DNA from: Vicugna vicugna
Lineage: Eukaryota
NCBI GenBank assembly: GCA_013265495.1
Contig: MU058287.1
Location: 496,001-560,000, forward strand
Direction of reading: 5' to 3'
DNA length: 64,000 nt
Within the stretch, counting starts at the first letter, position 1, and every line of letters begins with the position of its first letter. Below the pieces are notes generated by a model. The model worked only from the letters and a program-made list of their open reading frames with translations. It was not told the DNA's origin and did no database searches. Positions 12,788-26,070 of this stretch are shown one piece after another. The position numbers were made by a program, and so were the translations under genes.

Positions 12788-12836
12788 TTGGGGGCAGGAG
12801 TTTCCTTCTTTGGGGGCAGGAGTTTCCTTCTTTGGG
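12788..12836. repeat. 22-bp perfect tandem duplication (2.2 copies)
   Basis: ttgggggcaggagtttccttct at 12788-12809 and 12810-12831, then ttggg. Confidence 0.95.
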
Positions 12837-12991
12837 ACCAGAGTGGTGGGCAGGTAGTGAAGACTAGGACTCCATGGAGAGGGAGAGGCTGGCTTTCTCC
12901 TCTGAACACCAGGAGCCTGACTGTTCCTGCCCAATAAAGGAAGCTCACCTGTCCAGACTCATTACTCAAGTAGGGGAGACACACGACTATT

Positions 12992-13289
12992 TTTGTTTTT
13001 TGTTTTTCAAAACAAACAGCTTTTTATTGAAGTATAGTTGATTTACCACGTTGTCTTTGTTTCAGGCGTACAGCAAAGTGATTCAGTTATATATTCTTTC
13101 CAGATTCTTTTTCATTATAGGTTATTATAAGATGTTGAATATAGTTCCCTGTGCCATAGAGTAGATCCTTCTGTTTATCTTATATATAGTAGTATGTATG
13201 TGTTACTCTAAAATTTCTAGTTTATCCCTCCCCCCCTTTCCCCTTTGTTTGTGTTTTATCTTCTATGTTTGTGAGTCTGTTTCTGTTTA
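12992..13289 (-). mobile_element. Short L1 3' UTR stub
   Basis: 'ttgaagtatagttgatttac...gaatatagttccctgtgc'. TSD acaca(c/t)gact(a/g)tt at 12979-12991 and 13290-13302. Confidence 0.9.
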
Positions 13290-15726
13290 ACACATGACTG
13301 TTTAATCAGCAGTTAAGGTGCGGTTGATGGACAGGTCCAGGACCCTGCATTAGACCTTTGCACCAAGGGAGACTGGTGGAAGAATCCTCAGAGGGTGCAA
13401 GGAGTGAGAGCAGGGCTCAGCCAGATGCAGGGAAAGGGAATGTGGGGGAGGGAGGATGTTGGAAACGCAGCTAAGTAGTTCCTGTCAGGAAGCAGGTCTG
13501 TCCATTAGAGCTGGATTCCAGCCACTAGAATGGGGTTGGAAGCTGACTTTCAAGTCTTGGGGTAAGATTGATTTAACCCAGGCAACATCTCTATTCAGAG
13601 TAGAAACTGAGGTACCAGATAGGGCAAGGACGACTCGTTGGAAAGAGGGAACCAGGTTCACAGTTTAGGGCTTAAGGAGGGGGAAATTGGATTCAGACCC
13701 AGAGTCGCTAGCACTTCCTGCCAAGCGGGATGCCCCAGGGGAGCCCTGCAGCTCAGGCGGCAATACAGAGGGTGATGGCAGCATCTTGGGAATCCGGGGC
13801 TCTGAAGAAATCCCACCAAGACTAGAGAGCATGCTACATGAAGGCAGGATCTTCCTTGGTTATCACTGAGCTTGACATCTGATAGGTGCTCAAAAATGTT
13901 TGTAGGTGAATAAACTACATGAGTGACTCTGTCCCCCAAGGCCTTCAAAATGATGGGGAAGAATGAGGCTTCTTGTGTAATTGATGCAAAGTACATCTGG
14001 CCAGGGAATTAATGTGCAGAACCTCTGATGAGCCCAACAGCAGCGGATTTTAAGTTGGGGCTGCTAGTGCTTCATGGAGGGGACAGATTCTTTTTTCTTT
14101 AAAACAAATCATAAACCTTGAAAACCCATTTATCATGTGCTTGGCTGAGACCTAGTCCTTCTGCATCATATAGAATGGAAGAGACATTTTTACTTTGGAT
14201 AATTTTAAGAGCAAATCATACCAAGTGGCCACACAGCTCAAAGGAACCGTGGTATGTCTACTTGTGAGTAGACCTGCCCTGGCCATCCTGCTGCATTACG
14301 TGAACTGTATCTTTCTCCAGAGTTCTGAAAGGATGCACAGAGTTAATGACGTTTAGTACCATGTATTACAATATTAAAGATTGTCTAAACCAGCAATTGA
14401 TATTTTTGTTATTGTTGAGTTTTTTTTTCCCTGATGGTAATTACTTAGCAAGTTCAACTAATTACTGCCCCTGGTTTGTGAAATCCACATCATTTGCATG
14501 AAGACAGATAATCATCCATTTGCCATGGTGGAAAGACATGATAATTATTATAAATTTTTAATCAAATTACTTAGCTGCAAGTATGAAAAGAGAGAGAGAA
14601 ATGCAACTAAGACTCAAAACTGTTCTGTAGGATTTGAGTTTTTATTTTTCTAAGAAACCATCACACTGATTTTTGGTGATGAAATGTGACACAGATATTA
14701 GAGAAACATTTTTAGACTATGCCAAATCATATAGATAAGTCTATAAATTATTTCTGCCTGTGGAATCAAAGGCATATATTAGATGAATTAGTTTTATCCA
14801 AAGTTTTACTCTGAAAAATACAATCTGATGTTATTCTTAACTCATCTCTCAGTAACATGAAATAGTTTATGGCAGTAGTCAATAAAAGAATAATTGTACC
14901 AAAAGCCTGTTAGCACCTCATGCAAGATTTAAAAAATTAAGTCAGGAGATTGTTGAGAAAAAAGCTGGGATAGTTTTTAATAAACATATTCAGCAAACTA
15001 ATGAAATATTTGAAGGCAAGAAAGTTGTTTTGAAATTGAGAAATGCCATTCTTTCACTCATCTCACAGGAACTCTGCCTGAAGGGGTATTTAGAGTGAAA
15101 AATTAGTCCAATACTCAGCACAAATTCTAAACATTACTGGCAGTGAACAGTCTTCCAAAGCCTTTTATACTTAAGATCATTGATCTTATAAGTATAGATA
15201 GAATTACAGGATCTCAATTTAGAAGGGTTCTGGCGTTGACAAATGTGGAGAGATCTCCCTCATTATAAATTGGTACTTTATATATTAACTCACTACATTG
15301 TCAATAGGAGTATGTGTATCTGTGAGTACAAAAAGTTATGATATAGGAGAAATAGACCTCACTGGCTCAGTCCATCTATAGTCCTCAAATTTTTAAAAAC
15401 ATTTTCTTTTTTAGAAAATGCAACCACTTTCCCCCCAAACTTTATGAAAATCCTACATGTAAAACTGATCAAAGTAGAGCTGCTTTGATTAAAACAGCTG
15501 AGCTTTCTTTGTGGCAAATGGAGTGAGTGGGAGTGGGTGGCCCTCAGTGGGAGCCTCTGAGAACCACTGAAGTCTACCCCAGGGTCTTGCCCGGCAGAGT
15601 TTGAAAACCACTAATTTTGAACAAATGTCCCAAATGTCAGTTCTCAGAGTAAGACCTTCCTAGAATCAACCTAAAGAAAGCAGAAGGAAGGAAACAATAA
15701 AGATATGTGTAAGAATTCATGAAACA

Positions 15727-16296
15727 TGCACCCAATTGTTCATAGCAGCACTATTTACGATAGCCAAGACATGCAAACAACCTAAATGTCCATCAGCAGA
15801 TGAGTGGATAAAAAAGTTGTGGTGTATTTCTACAGTGGAATACTACTCAGCCATAAAAAAGAATAAAATAATGCCATTTGCTACAACATGGATGGACCTG
15901 GATATCGTCATTCTAAATGAAGTAAACTAGAAAGAGAAAGAAAAATACTGTATGATATCACTTATATGTGGAATCTAGACAAATAGCACAAATGAACTTA
16001 TTTACAAAACAGAAACAGACTCACAGACATAGAAAATAAACTTATGGTTACCGGGGGATAAGGAGGGTAGGAAAGGATAAACTGGGAGTTCGAGATTTGC
16101 GAAAACTAACAACTATGTATTAAATAGATAAACAACAAGTTTATACTGTATAACACAGTGAACTATATTCAATATCTTGTAGTAGCTTATAATGAAAAAG
16201 AATATGAAAATGAATATATGTATGTATATGTATGACTGAAACATGCTGTGCACCAGAAATTGACACAACATTATCAACCAACCACAATTAAAAAAA
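15727..16296 (+). mobile_element. Younger 5'-truncated L1 (ORF2 end and 3' UTR)
   Basis: Translation [19 protein letters not shown]...EYYSAIKKN is the L1 ORF2p C-terminus. Perfect 13-bp TSD aattcatgaaaca at 15714-15726 and 16297-16309. Confidence 0.95.
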
Positions 16297-16681
16297 AATT
16301 CATGAAACAGAAAACCAACATGTGAGGATCAACAAAACCGAAAGCTGGTTCTATGAAGAGGCTAATGGAAATGACCCTCATGGAAATATCCTTGAGAGAG
16401 GGAACAGCACAATACACAACAGTAGAAATAGAAAGGAATATGCCTGTAGAGGTTGCAGGGATTCAAAAGGAGATGTTACAAATAATTTGATTTCTACAAA
16501 CAGACTAAATGTGCAAGTTCCTAAAAAATTTAACTTACCAAAACCGGCTCAAGAAGAAATAGAAAACTGAGAACTCCTGTAATTATTAACTAATTTGAAT
16601 CAATGATCAAAATGTTTCACGAGACCCAAAAGCTTTTATTAGTGAGTTCAACTCAGCATCCGAAGAACGAGTCATTCTAAC

Positions 16682-17081
16682 CATATTAGTTTGCTAGGAC
16701 TGCAGTAACAAAATACCACCCAGCCGGTGGCTTAAACAACAGAAATTTATTTTCTCACAGTTCTGGAGGCTAGAAGTCCAAGATGAAGGCGTCGGCAGAT
16801 TTGATTTCTTCTAAGGCCTCTCAACCTTGGTTTGCAGGAGGCTGCCTTCTTGCTGTGTCCTCACGAGGTCTGTCTATCTGTGAGCATCCCTGGTGTCTCT
16901 TTGGGTCCAAATCTCCTCTTCTTATAAGGACGCCAGTCGGATGGTAGGACCCACCCTACGGTCCTCCTTTTAAATCAGTCACCTCTTTGAAGGTCTTGTC
17001 TCCAAATACAGTCATATTCCACGGTACTGGGGTTTAGAACTTCAACATACGAATCTGAGGAACACAATTCAGCACATAACA
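16682..17081 (-). mobile_element. MLT1A/B-like solo LTR (ERVL-MaLR)
   Basis: 'tattagtttgctagg...ggcttaaacaacagaaatttattttctcacagttctggaggctagaagtccaagat...cacaattcagcacataaca'. 5-bp TSD ctaac/ctaat. Confidence 0.92.
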
Positions 17082-18959
17082 CTAATCTTACATAAACTGG
17101 TTCATATCATAGAAAGTGATAAAACACATCCCAGCTAATTCTAAAGCCAGAAGGGAAAATGACAGATGACTCTCACTCATAAAAGTAGACAGAAAATTCC
17201 TAAACAAAGTGTTTGTAACCAATGTATTTAAAACTGTAATAATCATGCCGATGTTGAGTTTATTTCGGAACATTATAGTCACTAAAACTCTAGGCTCAGT
17301 AATTAAAATTCATGGTAACAGAGTTTAAAACTGTTTAGGTTACTGATACTTTGTGATTAAGAACATGTGCTTACTTGAAAGTACATTTGATTTTTGTTAG
17401 AATTGGAATTTCGGGTGGTCTTACATTCGTTGAAATCTATAGTTTTTTTTTTTTAATAAGATTGGTTTTTACTGCGGTATCTTCCCTGTATTTGGTCTTA
17501 CCATCATTAAACAACTTTTCATGTGCAGCGGATGCCTTTCAGGAGCTCACCACCTTGAGGGTGAAGGATCCAAATCCCCCAGATCATCATCATTTTCACA
17601 CAAGTCCTAAGGGGCTTCTGGCTGAGTGGTTCAGAGGCGAATGCCAGTCTCCGGCTTTAAATGTACTTTTGGGGCAAATGTCTATCAGCGTGTGGCCGCT
17701 TACTTCTGTTATTTTAAGACACTAATCAAGAGGAACAGAGCATGTCGCCTCCCCCATGTTATTTGTGTGCCTTAATAGAAAGCCGGTGTTAGAAGGCTAA
17801 TTACAGCGTTCTGCGAGGCGCAGAGTCAACAGGCACTTGCCATCACAAGCCGGTGCTATTGGAGACGAGAGAGGAAGAGAATACCCACAGGCAAAGACCG
17901 TTCTGTCAACTTTTTAGGTTTACATGCCACTCCAGGAGTTCAGTGACCTTCTATTTATTTACTTATTTGTTATTTATTTACTTCATAAGAGGAACAATCT
18001 GTCGCATATGCTGTATCTGAAGATCAAAGCAAGAAAAAATGTTGAGCCTTATTAGCTGAGGTTCCTGTGGTAAAGACGTTCAGGTCACAAGAACAGCCTT
18101 CGTGTGGACAGATTTGTTTGCTCTGTTGTGTGGCCTCATCCTGTCCCCCAGACCCAAATGCTGTCCTGCATGTCACCAGGTGGATTCCTGAGACCACAGA
18201 TGAGGAACAAACCCATCCCCACTACTGGAAAAACAATATCGAGATCCTACTGATGGCCGGCCAGTGCAGTTAGATCTGTACGTGAAGGGCAGCATTTCTT
18301 ACACTAATTTTATGTATGTTTGGAGACAATATTTTGCAATAGTAGCAGGTTTTTTTTTTTTTATAACTCTTTGTTAACATCTCCTTTAGTGCAGGCGGCC
18401 GGCGCATCCCGCATGCACTCCCTCAGGACAGGGTGGCAGCAGGCACAGAGGACAGCAAAGCCAGTTCTGGACTTCTGAGTTTCCAGAGCCTCGGCCTGGC
18501 ATACGATGAAAGACTGGGAAGAATCCCTTGAGGATAACCATGGAGGCAGACAGACCCCCACACAGTTAGGACACTCTGGAGGGCCCCCCGCGTGAAGCAC
18601 ACTGAGAAAGGAAAGCGTCTGCCTGGTGTTCTGGGCCGCTTGTCTGAGAGTGTCACCAGCTCCCTGCCCCACGAGAGCAGAGAATGGGCGGAGACCAGGC
18701 GGGCCCCGAGGCAGGCCTTCCCCGGCCCAGAGTTCTGTGAAGCCACAGAGGTCTCCAAGCACCGGGAGAGGCGTGAGCGAGCCACAGGGAGGCACAGACC
18801 TGAGGAGGCTGCAAGAGCAGGAAGGAGGCTGCACACAGCAGTGACCTCCGCGGGCCTCCAGCCTGAGGTCAGTGAGGGCCGAATGGGAATAAGGACTTCC
18901 CAGAGGATGCCGATACAGCACATGCTGACCCCAGGGCCCCCCCTTAGACTCAGGCACCT

Positions 18960-19250
18960 CCTCCACTCCCGCCTATGTCACAGGGCAGGGAGCGTGCTGC
19001 CCGGAGCCCAGCCCCACCTTTTTGAGGCCATGCCTTGTGTACGCGGGGTCCTGGAATTCCCATTTCAAACAGCCCTTGGCCACTTCCAGGGCCTGCTTGG
19101 GCTACTTCCCTAGACCCACCTTTCTGAGGGTGAGGGCAGACTGTACTGCCAGTGTTTGTACCCCGGGAACAGAGGGGTAGCCTCAGGGTGGCTGTTGGTG
19201 CGATGTGTTGACAGAAAGTGCACCTGTCACTTTCCAGATCCGAGTGGAGC
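18960..19250. mobile_element. Possible ancient hAT-Tip100 (MER115/Zaphod-like) fragment
   Basis: GC-rich degenerate sequence ('ggtcctggaattcc...cagcccttggcc...ggtggctgtt') reminiscent of this family. Weak recognition. Confidence 0.3.
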
Positions 19251-22200
19251 AGCGGCTCTCACGGTGCCGCACAAACCTGGGGCCGGGCTGAGAGGGACAG
19301 GCCTCCCAGCTGCCCCCACCGTGGCCCAGGTCATGAGGAAGGTGGAGGAAAGAATGTAGTTTAATCGGCAGTTTGTTGGCTCGATTTACAACTCCAGTAT
19401 TTAGACCTACGGGACGTGGACTCCCACGTGTACCCTTGTCCTTGTCTTCTCCATCTCCCCTACCGTGACCTCTCAGAGCAGCGGCCTGCTCCCAGCGGAG
19501 CGCCCATCCCTCTGCCTGATGCCCGACTACATGGGTGCTCCGTGAGTGTGGATGGAGCGAATCTGTAAAATAAATGTGACTTGGTTATGATCCAGGGAGC
19601 GGGCCCCGGCTTCTGCCTCGGCATGGCCCTTGGCCAGACCGAGTGGACCAGCACACGGGCTTCCTCGGGAGCTGACCGCCAGCCGGTCTGGAGCCAATGG
19701 CCCGTGCCTCTGGGCAGCAGGGCTGGGCCCCTGCTCCTGTCCCTGGTGCTGTGCTGGAGCCATGGAAGTCATGCCCTGCGCTGCTCCCCTTAACCAGGCC
19801 GTCGTGGGGTGGACAGGCCTGGGGTAGGTGCTCTCTTCTTCCATTCGGCTGGTTTTAGCAGGCTTTCTTTGCAAACACATCAGCTAGGGGAAGGCGTTCT
19901 GAAAGGAAGACCGTTACATAATGATTTTATGAATAACGTACAGCTCCCTAAAACTGGTCTTTTTCTGTTACGTTTTCAATTCAGGTTTTCAGGAGCGAGC
20001 CCGTTTTAGAATCCCATAGTAAGAACAAATTTAGAAACCTTTATAAGGTGTGACGCATTTGATGCAAAATATAGACGGACAAGGAAAGACGTGGCTCAGT
20101 AAGAAGTCAAGTAGATAATGGGCACTGAAATATATATGACCCAGGGTACGTCTGTCCAATGACACAGGAAAGGCTAATTAGGTAAAAGAAAGCAGCTGGA
20201 TGATAGGCTTCTGATAGTCTAGCTTTATCCAGCATGAAATGAAAATAGATGGTTTTGTGCCCCATTTACGAGGTGGAGGGTTTTGTGCTACGCTTACTTG
20301 GCCCTGGGGGGATTTTTTGATCTGTTGGAGTGGAGTGCCCAGGGCCCAGCACAGTCTCCGGGGTCACGAGCATTCTGTGATGCCGACTGGCTTTAGAGCT
20401 TAATTATTTAAATGTTTCCAGACTCGAATGACCAAGGAGCTAACATATTTTTAATTCAGACTTCACAGAGCAAGCTGGAAGATGTGCGGAAAGCAAACAT
20501 CACAGGAGGCCTTGACAAAACTCATGCTCACTGAAAGTTCCATACCATGCATTTTATTTTGACGTTCACATTTTAAATGACGAGTTTCAGACTTTATCCA
20601 AAGTTCAGGGGAACAGAGCCTTACATTAGGCTGTCACGAAGAGGACTAGAACTTGTTTTGTTGTTGTCGTTTTTTAAAAGGGAGAAAGAATCCTGTTAGA
20701 ATAAAGAAAAGGAATGTTGCCAGAATGTTCTACTTAATTTAGCCCTCCAAAGATAAACACACTGGTGAATCACTGCAAGCTGATGTTACTATTTTAACGT
20801 TAATTCTGTCCCGTTTCCCCACTGCTTTCCTGTCTCTGAGTAGGTGGGTTATATAGGTGGACTCATTTAGAGAAGTTTTGTTCCTGTCAGACTCCTTAAA
20901 ACTTAAAAAGTTTCCCATGGTTTCAACTGTTTCTGGTATAAGCAGTAGTTACTGGGAGCTCTTAAACTAGTACTTTAAAGAGTAAGAGCATCTTTGAGAA
21001 TTGTCCAGTTTGTAGAGATTCTATAAAGTTAGAAGAGTTTACTAATCATCACATGTACTAAATAATTTGACTCTCAAATGAATTTCAGGTATCACTGTGC
21101 GAATGGTCGTTGACTCTTGATCGCTGGTCCCGCAGAATTGGCAGTGGAAAAGACTGTCCTTGTCCCCAGCGAACCAGATCCATGGACCATTCTATTACTT
21201 GTCGCCTCTCAGTCTCGATACTGTGTCCTTTTAGCACGTTTCGTTTTACAAGCTGACGGAGACTGACTAAGCTGGTCAGCCTTCCTCAGGTTCACTTCTT
21301 GTTTATTCTTGGTGCGGAGGCTCCCATCTACCTGAGCTTCACTAGCAAAGGGGCTGTCCAGGTCATGTCTGTGTCAGGGTCTTAGTAATAAATGTTTAAA
21401 GCAGACATTTCTGAGTAGATAATATAGTAGGTTTTAAGCAAGTGAGATTTTGCTGTAGAAATACCAAATCTCGCTGTAAGAATCACAGCATCCGCCTGTG
21501 AGGCTGTTCCTAGGGTTTTGCAGCACTTGCTGCAAACCCTGTGAACTCACTCGGCTGGTCCACACCCCTTCTGACTCCACCCTGTGTCCTGTGCCAGCAG
21601 GTCCCACGGCTGTCAGGATGCTCTGGCTCCTGTATCCTTCCGGCCTTTGTTTTTGCTCCCAGCATCCATATCAAGGCCACATCGTTCTACTCTGTACTCT
21701 GGATCTTCCTCTCTTCTCTCGGCGTGTTTTCCCCTTCGGTGTTCTCACTGTCCATACTGTGAAAGAACCCATCTGATTTCATCTGGGAAAACCCATTGTA
21801 GGAGAGGGACAGGAATGACTTCCAGGAAGACAGCTACTCACCCTGGCCTCCAGGAAATGAGAGAAATGGCACTTACGAGCTGATGGCTGAGCCCTCTTTT
21901 AAGGAGTGCTGTGGAGGTCAAGGGTACCTCCATGGCTTTGCCTTTTCACCTTCAGCAATTGTATCAAAACATAATACTGGCTTCCAAGAAAGTGGTGAAG
22001 TCCTCGTGCATTTTCATTAAATGGTTAAAGGTGATTTCTTTGACTCCAGGTGAATAACATCCTCTGTCCATAGACCGTCCTAAAAATAAGGTGAAATCCT
22101 TACTCCCTACAATCCATACCGAATGAGGGCAACGAAGGTCAGAATAAGATGTATTACATACACCACCTTTGCAGAGTGCTGACTCTTGGATTTCTCTCCC

Positions 22201-22694
22201 CCTCTGTGTATTTCCTGATGGGGAGCCAGTGATACAGGGGTTGGGGGATTTGATTCCCCCATCTTCCCTCCTTTAACACGTACATTCAGCTGAGCTCTTG
22301 CAAAAAGGTATTTAAATTCTTCATCTAGCATTGGCCTAAACATTTTTGGTGTTAGCCTCGGGGGCATCCTGGACTCATCTTTTTGAATGTCATATGCAGT
22401 TAGATTCCTGAAAGTCCCCCGAGCCCACTATATTGACATTCTTCTTTGTGACTCCTCTATTTTTTTCTCTTTCTAAACACTCTCATCACCTGCTGAAATC
22501 CCACTACTGGTGCCCTTTCTGATACCCCTCCCACCATCTACCAAACATTCTACCTATTACCTGACACTCAGGACCTCAGATGTGCTTAGAGGGCCAGCAG
22601 GAGGGACTCTGGCTGTCTTTGAGCCGTTTCCAGGGAGAGAGAACTTTTATAAGATGACTGCCTGATGACATATAGTTTGTTAAGATGATGATGA

Positions 22695-23139
22695 TGTGGT
22701 GGGTTGAGTAATACCCACCCCCTTCAAAGTGGTCCACACCCTGATCCCTGGAACCCATGAATGTGTTACTTTACATGGCAAAGGGGACTTTGCAGTTGTG
22801 ATTAAGGATCATGAGTTGGGGAAATTATCCTTGATTATTCAGTTGAGCTTAAGGTAGTTGCAAGGGTCCTTATAATAGGGAGGCAAGAAGGGCAGGAGAG
22901 GAGAAAGCAACCTGACGGCAGAAAAAAAAAAAAATTGATGTGGCCAGGAGCCAAGGAAGAGGCAAGAAATGGTTTCTCTCCTGGAGCCTCCAGAATTCCA
23001 GTCATGTCATCACTTTAATTTCAGTCCCATAAAACTCATTTCAGACTTCTGACCTACAGAACTGTGAGAATAAATTTAGTTTGTTATAAGCCCCTACGTT
23101 TGTGATAATTTATTACAGGGGCAACAGGAAACTCATACA
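22695..23139 (+). mobile_element. MLT1C/D-like solo LTR (ERVL-MaLR)
   Basis: Starts TGTGGT and ends ACTCATACA. Contains 'atgtgttactttacatggcaaaggggactttgcag' and AATAAA. Perfect 5-bp TSD gatga (22690-22694 and 23140-23144). Confidence 0.93.
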
Positions 23140-24190
23140 GATGAAAAGACAGTGGAGAAAGCAAACTGAAAGCAGAGCTGTGAGTCAGGTAGAGAAAACA
23201 GTCAGAGGACGGCTAATTTCCTTCCTAAGGATAACCGCTCGGGCTCCTGCTCTTGGCCCATTTCCCTGCTGTTCTGTTAGAACCGGATTAAAGCCTGATG
23301 GTTATCCAGTGCCTTTCCTGGTCTTGCCCCTCGTATCAGAGATACATGTGCATTCCTTATTACCCCACGGCTCCCAGGAACTTTTCTACAACCACCTTGG
23401 AGGAATCACTAGGCCTTACATTCCTCAAAGACTGTAGCTGGATGTTAGCTGTGGTCCTAACAGGTCCTTCTAGAACTGTTGGTATTGATCCTCGCTGTTA
23501 TCTGTGCCGGGTTTAGTGACATGAATACTGAGCACATGAAATTAGTCCCTCGTAATTAGGTAGAATCACATCCCTCATTCCCTTAGAACAATGATCTCAG
23601 TGGGAAAAGTCTGAGAACTTAGTCCTTAGTTAAATCAGCCAAGTATTTATTGATTACTTTCTGTGTACTCAGCACTTTGCTCTAGGTGTCCTGGGCTGAT
23701 ATGAAAATTGCAGGCAGTCTACTTCTGTTTTCAGTGAGTGTCTGGTTAAGGAGATAAAGTAGCATGGAGAAAAATAATCATTTCCCCAATTGATCTGAGG
23801 GCTAAGTGAGTTATTAGTACTTACACACTTTTTACTCACATGGCAAAGCGTACCCTTGTAGGTGGAAATTAAATGTTTGCTGGGCTCTTTAAAGATATCA
23901 GGCAGAGTTGATGACTGGGTGAAACACAGTGACCGCTGCGTTTGAGGCACCGTAGGATTCTTCTATTGGTGAAATGTCAAATGGGCGACAGTGAGAAGAG
24001 GCTTGCCTGAGCCACCATGTTTATTTACACCCATCACTTATCTGGTCATGTGTTAATTCTAAGAACAATTGCTGAGCACTTAGAACTGTTTTCGGAGCTA
24101 AAAAGAAGACTGGCTAGATTCCTAACTTTCATGGACTGTATCGATGTAAAGTAAAGATAATCAGTACATGTTTGATAAGGAATTGTCCAA

Positions 24191-24771
24191 TTTTTAAAAA
24201 AAAATTGAAGTAGTCGGTTACAATGTGTCAGTTTCTGGTGTACAGTATAATATTTCAGTCATATGTATACATACATATATTCATTTTCATATTCTTTTTC
24301 AGTATAGGTTACTACAAGATATTGAATATAGCTCCCTGTGCTATACAGAAGAAGTTTGTTGTTTATCTATTTTTATATATAGTAGTTAATATTTGCAAAT
24401 CTCAAACTCCCAGTTTGTCCCTTTCCACCCTCTTTGCCCCAGTAACCGTAAGTTTGTTTACTATATGTATGAGTTTGTTTCTGTTTTGTATATAAGTTCA
24501 TTAGTGTCTTCTTTTTTATTTCTTTTTTTCTTGGATTCCACATATGAGTGATATCATATGGTATTTTTCTTTCTCTCTCTGGCTTACTTCACTTAGAGTG
24601 ATGATCTCCAGGTCCATCCATGTTGCTGCAGATGGCATTATTTTATTTTTTATGGCTGAGTAGTATTCCATTGTATAAATATACCACAACTTCTTTACTC
24701 AGTCCTCTGTCAATGGACATTTAGGTTGCTTTCCATATGTCGGCTATTGTACATAGCACTGCTATGAACAT
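24191..24771 (-). mobile_element. 5'-truncated L1 3' end
   Basis: L1 3' UTR motifs. Perfect 15-bp TSD taaggaattgtccaa at 24176-24190 and 24772-24786. Confidence 0.95.
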
Positions 24772-25069
24772 TAAGGAATTGTCCAAGTTAAGAAACATCT
24801 TGTCACTAAACTAATGGATAGCCATTTAAGTTTACATCACCTACAGCCCAGGACAACCTGTTGGGTGAATCCCAGGGAAGTATCCCATGAGGGAACTTTA
24901 TCTGGTTGCAAAGTGTTGTTTCTTTTGCCAGCCTGTAGGAACAGCTCAATAAGATCCAGCCGAAACATTTCTGCCTTTCCAAATTGTGCAGGTAGTTAAA
25001 ATATCCTACCCTTTCTTTATAGAACTATGATTCAGAAAAGGATTTGAGAGGGCATCAGTCCATCCTGCT

Positions 25070-25262
25070 GACTGAGGCACAAATGCTTTCAGGAGCCAGA
25101 CAGGTCACATAGGTGTGTGCAGTTCAGTGCGGCACAATAGGGAGTGGTGGGGACTTTGACAAACTGAGAGGATGTACCTCAGCTAAAGCTTCTGAGGTCT
25201 GGTGTAGCCAAATGATCATGTTAGTGGGCCCGATTTGATTAGACTGCCAGTTGGCAGCCCTC
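25070..25262 (+). mobile_element. MER102-like hAT-Charlie fossil
   Basis: 'caaatgctttcaggagccagacagg...acaatagggagtggtggggactttgacaaactg'. Confidence 0.65.
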
Positions 25263-26070
25263 GATTGCTCATCTAAGAAAACAGTAGTCTGACCCTTTCC
25301 TCAAGCCTGCCAAAGACAATCATCTCTGTGAGTCTGGGTGGCAGGCTGCCTCCGGTCAGCCAGTGTGCACCTGCCATTCATCTGCCAGTTGAGGGGAACT
25401 TGCTATCTGATTGGAGTGGGCGCCCATTGCACTTTCAGCTAAGTGATGAATTGTGGAGAGAACTTGTTGAGGCTGTATATTCCTGGAGCAGAGTCTGTGA
25501 ATCATTTTTTCCCTTTGTTTGCTGGTTTTATAACAGCAGACTCATCCACAAGTATCTGTAACTGCCCTTTAAGCAACGAGCCACCCTTTCGGCTGATGGG
25601 TGAAGTCAGGAGCGCTCTTTTGCCGGTTACTCAGCACCAAATCAGACAGATCGCTTCCCCTTCATTCCAGTGACCTGGTTATATTGCTGCCGACTCAGTC
25701 ATTTTTTTTTTTTAATTGGCCATAATAAAGTATACGGAAAGTTCCTGAAAACTATTTTTAAAACTCTTTAAAGTGATAAGTAAAATGATCTGGATAATGG
25801 TAAGCATATATCATTTTGCTATAACTTATAGATTTATAATTTAGCCTCCATTCAGAAGTAATTTTTAAATGCAGCTCTCTCCTGGAATTTAGAAAGTGGT
25901 TCATATATCTCTTTACAGGCAGAAATTCTACCATGTTTATTTTCACATCAACACTATTGAGTATAATTGAAGACCAAGAGATTTCTTTTTTGGTAAGGCA
26001 CAAAAGATTAGCCTTAAACTTTTTATTAGTCATATTTATTAGAAACCTGCAGCCTTAAAAGAAATTATTC

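Larger units (their letters stand above)
15660..17270 (+). mobile_element. Old L1 ORF2 fossil interrupted by a younger L1 stub and an MLT1 LTR
   Basis: Translates to PKESRRKETIKI...RINKTESWFYE...NLPKPAQEEIEN, recognisable L1 ORF2p sequence. It resumes after each nested insertion. Confidence 0.85.

Noticed and set aside
15736..16570. ORFs resembling a protein ([10 protein letters not shown]..., INKTESWFYE...)
   Set aside because: They are fragments of L1 ORF2p in truncated elements, not host genes.
18361..19113. Longest ORFs in the track (201, 173 and 166 aa)
   Set aside because: They overlap on both strands in GC-rich DNA, several begin at non-ATG codons, and none has a recognisable domain. 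Stop-codon scarcity explains them.
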